This document shows, piece by piece, positions 58,563-64,000 of a stretch of DNA of 64,000 nt (position 1 is the first letter of the stretch; every line of letters starts with the position of its first letter). Both the position numbers and the translations under genes were made by a program. Under the pieces are notes generated by a model, which searched no databases, had not been told where the DNA came from, and worked only from the letters and a program-made list of their open reading frames with translations. The stretch covers positions 64,001 to 128,000 of IMG/VR virus record IMGVR_UViG_3300023110_001773; one strand, given 5' to 3'. This stretch comes from a virus.

Positions 58563-60064
58563 GATAAAAGTTTTTTAGTAATATACTCATCGACATGACC
58601 GAGTATATATTTACTTCTTCTCTCCATGTGAACTTCAGTTGCAAAGTCTTCCCACTTGACACTGGGATCAATAAAGAACTTATCATACATGAATGGGTCT
58701 ATTAGATTCTTTGCCTGATACTGTGAGAACTCTTCTGCACAAAACTTCATAACCTCGTGTAGATTGGTGCAATCATTTTCCCACGGCAGATAGTATCCAG
58801 ATTCTTTGACATAGTTGTATAGGGTCTCGTAGTATGGATTTCTACTCTTTGACCAATCAATCGGATCATCTGGAAACTCTGTTCTGCGGTATCCAAACTT
58901 ACTCCAATCACGATCAAACTCAGAGTTGTGATTCAATGTCTCTACATTGTTCTGCAAGTCTTTGATCATCAGTACATTCATGTGATAACTGTTTCTGTTC
59001 CAGTACTGCGATAACCACTTGCCAGTGTCCCTCAGATCGTCCACAGTCTCGTGTGGGAGTCCGGCGATAAGAGAGATATGTCCTTTGTAGAATCCAGCGT
59101 TCTCTCTGAAATACTCATCGACCTCTATCAAACCTTCTTTGATTCTACCACTGTCCATACCTTTGCCGATGGACTTGGCAGACTCATGTTTCATAGACTC
59201 GACACCATAGAAGTGTGAGGTGATACCCATCTTGATTAGATTGTCCCAATCTTGTTTGCGAGACACAATAAGATCAGCTCTAATATAGGCAGTCATCTTG
59301 GGTGTAAAGGGAAGTTTTTCTATGACGTTGGCAAACTTCTCAATCTTCTGTGAACTATCGTTGAAGGTTTCATCCAGAACAATATAATGTTCTGTACCCC
59401 ACTTGTCATAGTTTTCCAACATCTCATCATATACACTCTGTGCTGTGCGTGAGTAATCACCCTTAACTCCGAGAACAGGGAAACTACAGAACTTGCATTT
59501 GAACTTGCATCCACGGGCAAACTCTAGTAACAGAATTTCTCTGGGGTTGATAAAGTCTGTATCCTTGTAAGACACCGTGAGATCGTCTTTCGGAAAGGAC
59601 TTGTAGTTGACGTAACAGTTTATTACACGATTGGTATGGATAGGTTCTGGCCCACCTTTGAAGTGATCTATGAGTGCAAGTATTGCATTCTCACCGTAAC
59701 CGTAAACATACCAATCCATCTCCAATTCTTTCATAGAGTTGTTTTGACTGCCTGCAACAAGGGGAATGCGTGGATAAGTTTCTCGTAACCATTTTACGAG
59801 ACCGATAACGCTTGGACTATTTAAAAAGAAGGTAGAACCAAATCCGAAAAATAAAAATTCATCATCAACTTTACGAGAAATATATTTTTTTAATTGATCC
59901 AAACTCCATCTTTGAACGTAGTCAATGACTTCGACATCATATCCGTGTTGACGTAAAAAGGTGCTTATTTTGTGGCCGCCAGATGAACGCCTGATACTGA
60001 TCTTGGAACTATCAAAGTCTAATCCCAAATCTTCAAGTTGTCCACCAAAAATAATACTATGCAA
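58559..60064 (-). CDS. B12-binding-type radical SAM protein
   Basis: LEFARGCKFKCKFC (CxxxCxxC), DETFND, AYIRADL, FYGVES, IGKG, LIAGLPHET; N-terminal L...GY.VEVID, G.GE Rossmann-like domain; TTG start. Confidence 0.85.
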   Translation of the reverse strand: MHSIIFGGQLEDLGLDFDSSKISIRRSSGGHKISTFLRQHGYDVEVIDYVQRWSLDQLKKYISRKVDDEFLFFGFGSTFFLNSPSVIGLVKWLRETYPRIPLVAGSQNNSMKELEMDWYVYGYGENAILALIDHFKGGPEPIHTNRVINCYVNYKSFPKDDLTVSYKDTDFINPREILLLEFARGCKFKCKFCSFPVLGVKGDYSRTAQSVYDEMLENYDKWGTEHYIVLDETFNDSSQKIEKFANVIEKLPFTPKMTAYIRADLIVSRKQDWDNLIKMGITSHFYGVESMKHESAKSIGKGMDSGRIKEGLIEVDEYFRENAGFYKGHISLIAGLPHETVDDLRDTGKWLSQYWNRNSYHMNVLMIKDLQNNVETLNHNSEFDRDWSKFGYRRTEFPDDPIDWSKSRNPYYETLYNYVKESGYYLPWENDCTNLHEVMKFCAEEFSQYQAKNLIDPFMYDKFFIDPSVKWEDFATEVHMERRSKYILGHVDEYITKKLLS

Positions 60065-60079
60065 ATCAGATTACCAGAT

Positions 60080-60109
60080 AAAAAAAGGGCGCCATTATTT
60101 ATGGCGCCC
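60080..60109 (-). terminator. Intrinsic terminator after g32
   Basis: gggcgccat-aaata-atggcgccc-ttttttt. Confidence 0.85.
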
Positions 60110-60129
60110 AAAGAGGAGACGACTATATC

Positions 60130-61044
60130 TTAGTCATCATCAGCCAGTCGGGAGAAATACGACATAGCATCTTCATCATCAGATGTGGCAACTGTGACTG
60201 TATCTGTAGATGCGGTACTTTCCGCAATAAAGATATCGTCTTCAATATCATCAGTCTGACTAGAAACAGTAGATGCAGGACTTACTGATACACTACCTTT
60301 TAGAACACCATTGAGTTTATCTTTGAGTTCATCATAAGACTTGAAGTTACTAGGATCAACAATCTCATTCAAAGAGTACTGTTGTTCCCAGATCGCATCA
60401 ATAGCCTCATCCGAGTCGGCAATGGGACGAACCCTAGAAGCAAACTTAGATTTGTCATAGTTACGATAACCAGCAACGTTCCTTGCAACAAGTGCAAAGT
60501 CTACACCTTCCCACGGATCAAACGGATTGATCGGATCATCGGAAGGAACGGTGGGTTTGATAACGTCTTGAATCATTTCAAAAATTTTCTGTCCATACCT
60601 GTACAAGAAAACTTTGCCTTCATTTTCTGGGTTGGCGGGATCAGAAACAACCAAAATGTTTGAGTAATAATTCAAACGGCGTTTCTGTTTGCGAGCGATT
60701 TCCTTATCGGCCTCTACACCAGAGTTCCAGAGTTGGGTGTTCAATTCTGAAACGGGGTCAGGTTGGTTCAGAGTTGTAAGAGAGTTTTCGATATACCACT
60801 TACCAGTAGGGCCTTGGAAACCATGTGTCCAAAGACGTACCCAATAACTGTCCTCGCCCTTGGAGGGGGGAAGGAAACGAATTACGGCAGAACCATTACC
60901 AGCCTTGTCAACGGAAAGTTTCCATTCTTTGCCAGTATCGTTTGATTCTGTAGTGGTGGTAGTTGACATTTTCTCAACCTGCTTAAGCAGGGTATCGAAA
61001 CTGCCACGACTCTTACGAAGATCAGAGATAGAATTTGCAGACAT
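60130..61044 (-). CDS. g32: Single-stranded DNA-binding protein gp32
   Basis: DKAGNG.AVIRFLP, HGFQGPTGKWYIENSLTT, KQKRRL.YY.NI, NPFD.W.G, NYDKS.F, acidic tail YF..LA. Confidence 0.98.
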   Translation of the reverse strand: MSANSISDLRKSRGSFDTLLKQVEKMSTTTTTESNDTGKEWKLSVDKAGNGSAVIRFLPPSKGEDSYWVRLWTHGFQGPTGKWYIENSLTTLNQPDPVSELNTQLWNSGVEADKEIARKQKRRLNYYSNILVVSDPANPENEGKVFLYRYGQKIFEMIQDVIKPTVPSDDPINPFDPWEGVDFALVARNVAGYRNYDKSKFASRVRPIADSDEAIDAIWEQQYSLNEIVDPSNFKSYDELKDKLNGVLKGSVSVSPASTVSSQTDDIEDDIFIAESTASTDTVTVATSDDEDAMSYFSRLADDD

Positions 61045-61064
61045 ATGTTGCTCCTTTGTGCGGT

Positions 61065-61256
61065 TTATTTACTATCGTGTTTACTGTATATTTTGCTTTT
61101 TGCGGTTAGTGACTCGGCGAACTCATCACTATCATATACATCTTCATCATATAACAAATGTTTGTACTTGTCAAGCCTAGTTTTGCCTTCACTAGAAACT
61201 CGATGAATACGTTGTTCCTTTTGGTTACTACCTCGGGAACTTTTTGACTTACTCAT
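61065..61256 (-). CDS. Small hypothetical protein
   Basis: 63 aa; ATGA-coupled to g59; late promoter at 61270-61277 upstream. Confidence 0.5.
   Translation of the reverse strand: MSKSKSSRGSNQKEQRIHRVSSEGKTRLDKYKHLLYDEDVYDSDEFAESLTAKSKIYSKHDSK
61146..61174 (-). promoter_or_regulatory. sigma70-type promoter for g32 (TTGACA-N17-TATGAT)
   Basis: Direct match inside the 63-aa ORF. Confidence 0.65.
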
Positions 61257-61855
61257 TGATGTACTTCCTTATTTATAACATCTTTAAGCGGTGTTGCAAC
61301 AGACTTCATATTGTCTGTCAGTCTAACGAATGGACGGTACTTGGTTATACACATAGACGCATCTTCAAGCAATATGTCATTCGCATTCATATCGACAAAG
61401 TTAAAAATCTTATCTAAGATTGTCATTGTCTCTATATTAATTATATTACCAAAAAAGAGACGAAATGTCAAGGGGTGTTTTCCATTAATTGAAATAAATG
61501 GGTCGGCGATTTCTTCCTTTTCCATGTCGAGTAGAATTCTGTCAATATCTTGTTTAAACTGATATTCTCTTTTGACTTTTCTGTTCTGCCACTGATCGTA
61601 TCTTCTTGCAGCATCAACATCAAACAACCCACCCCATTTCTCTCCAGAGACAAAATTAGCAACAAGGAAATTAATTATTTCCTCACGAGAATAATCTCTG
61701 GCAAGTTTTTTAATAGAAACGAGGTCTTTTCTTTTACGAAATGTTTCTTCTTTGACTCTTACTTTTCCTTTATACTTTACTATGTCATAATTCTTGGTTG
61801 TAAAGTGCAATTTGATTGCAAGGTAAAGTCGATAAACTTCAAACGGTTCTATCAT
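61253..61855 (-). CDS. g59: Helicase loader gp59
   Basis: FEVY..YLA.KLHFT...YD..KY.GK, F.KRKD, F.VANF, I..ET..IL, KY.PF. Confidence 0.9.
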   Translation of the reverse strand: MIEPFEVYRLYLAIKLHFTTKNYDIVKYKGKVRVKEETFRKRKDLVSIKKLARDYSREEIINFLVANFVSGEKWGGLFDVDAARRYDQWQNRKVKREYQFKQDIDRILLDMEKEEIADPFISINGKHPLTFRLFFGNIINIETMTILDKIFNFVDMNANDILLEDASMCITKYRPFVRLTDNMKSVATPLKDVINKEVHQ

Positions 61856-62118
61856 ATTGGCAGTTTAGATGTCTTCTTTGCTTTTAACAAATTGAGGTTT
61901 TGAGCCTCGGCAGTAATCTTTTCTTTTAAAGACGGTGTAAGAAGTTTCTTAATACTTTCAATTTCTACTTCATTGCGAACACAAAAATCTGTTAGTACGT
62001 CAATATAATTTTGGCCCATACTAGCCTTTCTTTCAATATGTTGAGAAAACTCAACAGCACTAGAAAACTGTTGATTGCTTATTAGAAACTCATCGGTTTT
62101 TTTAACTTCTTCAATCAT
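61852..62118 (-). CDS. g33: Late transcription coactivator gp33
   Basis: FS..IE, YID....C..N..E.E...KL....LKEKI..EA..LN.L......LPI. Confidence 0.9.
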   Translation of the reverse strand: MIEEVKKTDEFLISNQQFSSAVEFSQHIERKASMGQNYIDVLTDFCVRNEVEIESIKKLLTPSLKEKITAEAQNLNLLKAKKTSKLPI

Positions 62119-62971
62119 TACTTTTTTCCTTTTGCATCAAAAAATCTTCTTTCCAGTCCTTAATATATTTTAGGACATCATATTCACATTCGATAAAAGG
62201 ACTATCACAGATAGTCTTTTCTGCCTCGCCTGGTCTATCAAATTCATGGACAATGGGGTGATCAAAAGCTTTTGCTACTTCCAAAATACTCACTGGTTTG
62301 CCCCTACCCAAATTAACATGTTTTGTTTTTCTTCTGGTTTGCAATAGTTTTAACATGCCATCAACCACATCATAAACATGGGTAAAATCTCTTTCTTTTT
62401 TACCACTACCGAAAACTCGTAGTGGTTCATCATTTTCTACACATCTTTTAAATGCCCTGACTACAGTACTATATTCTCCGTAGTCTGCTTCTCTTGGCCC
62501 ATAAACATTATAGAAGTATAACATATGATACTTAACTTTGTAAAGAGATTCATACAAATTTAATATCTCTTCACATGTATATTTACTAAAGGTATACGGA
62601 TTAGAATCTTTGTTAGAAAATTTTGTGCTTGATGATGCTGCAAAGAAAATTGGAACTTTTAATTTTCTGGCCCACTCACATACAGTAAGAGTGGAGTTTA
62701 CATTATTTTTAATAGTAATGTAGGGATTCTTGTGTGACATGCGAACTCTGGGAGTTGCAGCAAGATGAAAAATTGCATCATAATTTCCAGCAGGAAAAAC
62801 GTCTGCAACATCTTGATGTAGGTACTGAACTTTTTTGTGTGGTATCTTATAAGAACCAACACTCATGTCATCCACTACCAAAACATTTTGATCATGTAAG
62901 AGTAACGCCTCTACCAAGTGGGAACCAATGAAACCGCATCCACCAGTAACAATAAAATTGTGTTTTGCCAT
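62111..62971 (-). CDS. NAD-dependent nucleotide-sugar epimerase/dehydratase
   Basis: VTGGCGFIGSHL, FHLAA, ASSS, YxxSK, YNVYGP, RDFTHV.D. Confidence 0.9.
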   Translation of the reverse strand: MAKHNFIVTGGCGFIGSHLVEALLLHDQNVLVVDDMSVGSYKIPHKKVQYLHQDVADVFPAGNYDAIFHLAATPRVRMSHKNPYITIKNNVNSTLTVCEWARKLKVPIFFAASSSTKFSNKDSNPYTFSKYTCEEILNLYESLYKVKYHMLYFYNVYGPREADYGEYSTVVRAFKRCVENDEPLRVFGSGKKERDFTHVYDVVDGMLKLLQTRRKTKHVNLGRGKPVSILEVAKAFDHPIVHEFDRPGEAEKTICDSPFIECEYDVLKYIKDWKEDFLMQKEKSND

Positions 62972-63553
62972 TTAATACCTATAAAATATGTGCGAATCAA
63001 ATACCGCACTCACTTGCAAACTATCAGACCATTTTGGTTTTACATAATCTGCGTGATAGTATATTGCTCCATTTGTATTGTCTTCGTGGTATCCTTTTAT
63101 AATTTGTCTAGAGACTTCAACAATATTATCAAAAGTTTTCCAATCAGTTATCTTATCTGATTTGCCATCACAATACCAACTAAATTGACATTGGTGTTTC
63201 ATTGGAACCTTTTTACCTTGGGACAACCACCACTTGCTCAATTTAGCTTGATACACCACTTCACATATGGTATTGGGGTATTTGTCATTTTTTACTCTGT
63301 TAATTGTAACATGAGCAACAGCCATTTGTCCAGCGATATCTTCGCCTCTTGCTTCAAAATAAATGTTTTGTGCAAGACAGAAAACTTCTTCTGGATCGGG
63401 TAGTTTTTCTTTTATCACGGCTGGTGTGACAACAACAGTTATTGGTTCTAATGGTGGTTTCGTGGGGGTTGGTTTAACAGATAGTACTGCGACTGTTGGG
63501 GTAAGAATTAAAACTAATGCAAATGTCCAAGATAAAACCTTTGGCGATACCAT
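62972..63553 (-). CDS. SleB/CwlJ-like cell wall hydrolase (Hydrolase_2) with N-terminal signal or TM segment
   Basis: CLAQNIYFEARGE...GQ.AVA.V..NRV, P.TICEVV.Q, CQFSWYCDGK, GA.YYHA.YV.P.W, H.FY. Confidence 0.92.
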   Translation of the reverse strand: MVSPKVLSWTFALVLILTPTVAVLSVKPTPTKPPLEPITVVVTPAVIKEKLPDPEEVFCLAQNIYFEARGEDIAGQMAVAHVTINRVKNDKYPNTICEVVYQAKLSKWWLSQGKKVPMKHQCQFSWYCDGKSDKITDWKTFDNIVEVSRQIIKGYHEDNTNGAIYYHADYVKPKWSDSLQVSAVFDSHIFYRY

Positions 63554-63574
63554 TGATTTCTCCTTCTTTTAAAA

Positions 63575-63850
63575 ATGGGCCCGTTGGATTATAAGGTGGA
63601 ACCCATACCCCACTAGCCTTAAGCGGCTAGAGCATAAACGTCATCGTTTGCGTTTACTTTAGGTTGGCACTTTGCCAGTCAATCAGTCTCACCTTTCCTA
63701 GACAATCGCAGTCGAACCTGTTCACCCCCATCAAAAGCACACTAGGAAGTCTTAATTTCGACACTGTACGTCCGTGCCTAATGTGCTTATGGTGGAGGTG
63801 GGGGGAATCGCACCCCCGTCCTACAATCTTTCAGTCCACTTCAACGACCG
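63575..63850 (-). ncRNA. ssrA: Circularly permuted (two-piece) tmRNA, tag ANDDVYALAA
   Basis: Acceptor piece ends ...GACGGGGGTGCGATTCCCCCCACCTCCACCA at 63790, then a 60-nt stem-loop spacer, then the coding piece starting GGGGGTGAACAGGTTCGAC at 63729. The acceptor stem has G3.U70. Tag ORF at 63651-63619. Confidence 0.93.
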
Positions 63851-63856
63851 ATTCAA

Positions 63857-63891
63857 TATTTATAATAACATGACTAGGCAGCAGATGTCAA
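63857..63891 (-). promoter_or_regulatory. Overlapping late (TATAAATA, 63857-63864) and sigma70-like (TTGACA-N18-TATTAT) promoters for the tmRNA
   Basis: ttgacatctgctgcctagtcatgttattataaata. Confidence 0.7.
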
Positions 63892-64000
63892 TACCTCAGC
63901 CTCATATAAATCACGACATTCTAGTAAATAATCCACATAATCGTCTCGTTTTTTGACAAATATCTGTGGTTCATCGTCTTGAACACCAATAATTACTACG
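63874..64000 (-). CDS. C-terminus of a truncated gene, possibly the PD-(D/E)xK (Cas4-like) exonuclease of T4-like phages
   Basis: VVIIGVQDDEPQIFVKKRDDYVDYLLECRDLYE...; only 41 residues visible. Confidence 0.45.
   Translation of the reverse strand, partial: VVIIGVQDDEPQIFVKKRDDYVDYLLECRDLYEAEVLTSAA

Noticed and set aside
5668-58686. Numerous short opposite-strand or alternative-frame ORFs in the track (e.g. 7494-7844, 14837-15370, 15929-16513, 57026-57763)
   Set aside because: They overlap well-conserved genes, have low-complexity antisense composition, and lack an RBS or recognisable motifs.
63790-63825. Stand-alone tRNA or attP-like tRNA 3' fragment
   Set aside because: There is no D or anticodon arm upstream. 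It pairs with the downstream GGGGGTG segment and tag ORF, so it is the tmRNA acceptor piece.
63664-63956. Plus-strand ORFs of 69 and 60 aa
   Set aside because: They are antisense shadows of the tmRNA; the WWRWGESHP text is a typical tRNA/tmRNA antisense artefact.
1-64000. CRISPR array, introns/inteins, or stop-codon reassignment
   Set aside because: No repeat-spacer arrays were seen. Core genes are contiguous and of normal size, and TAA, TAG and TGA are all used as stops.

Overview
This window is a fragment of a T4-like (Straboviridae/Kyanoviridae-like, probably aquatic) myovirus genome in standard genetic code. Most of it is the virion morphogenesis module on the minus strand. In coordinate order: g55, uvsW, uvsY, g3, head genes g23/22/21/67/20, g19, g18, terminase g17/16, g15/14/13, a cluster of small modular fibre genes, a 2426-aa DUF4815/VrlC-like protein, and baseplate g8/g7-like/g6/PAAR-like/g25/g5/g27-like/g53/g48. 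A plus-strand block follows (g4, g2, g54-like, g26, g51, tape measure), then g32, g59 and g33. T4 late promoters (TATAAATA) and several consensus sigma70 promoters are visible. Main highlights: (1) a ~7-kb convergent cluster of five glycosyltransferase-like genes, a methyltransferase-like gene and a 2OG-Fe(II)-oxygenase-like gene inside the fibre genes, next to a virion protein with a Tyr-x-Gly repeat tail, which is a candidate virion post-translational modification system; (2) a T_TTT_TTC slippery site predicted to fuse gp26 to gp51 by -1 frameshifting just upstream of the tape measure, as in lambda G-T; (3) a circularly permuted two-piece tmRNA with tag ANDDVYALAA under overlapping early and late promoters; (4) an orphan B12-type radical SAM gene, a perfect sigma70 promoter facing antisense with no ORF behind it, apparently leaderless late mRNAs, and recurrent short peptide motifs suggesting plug-and-socket fibre assembly. 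Family calls come from recognising motifs and synteny by eye; no database searches were run.
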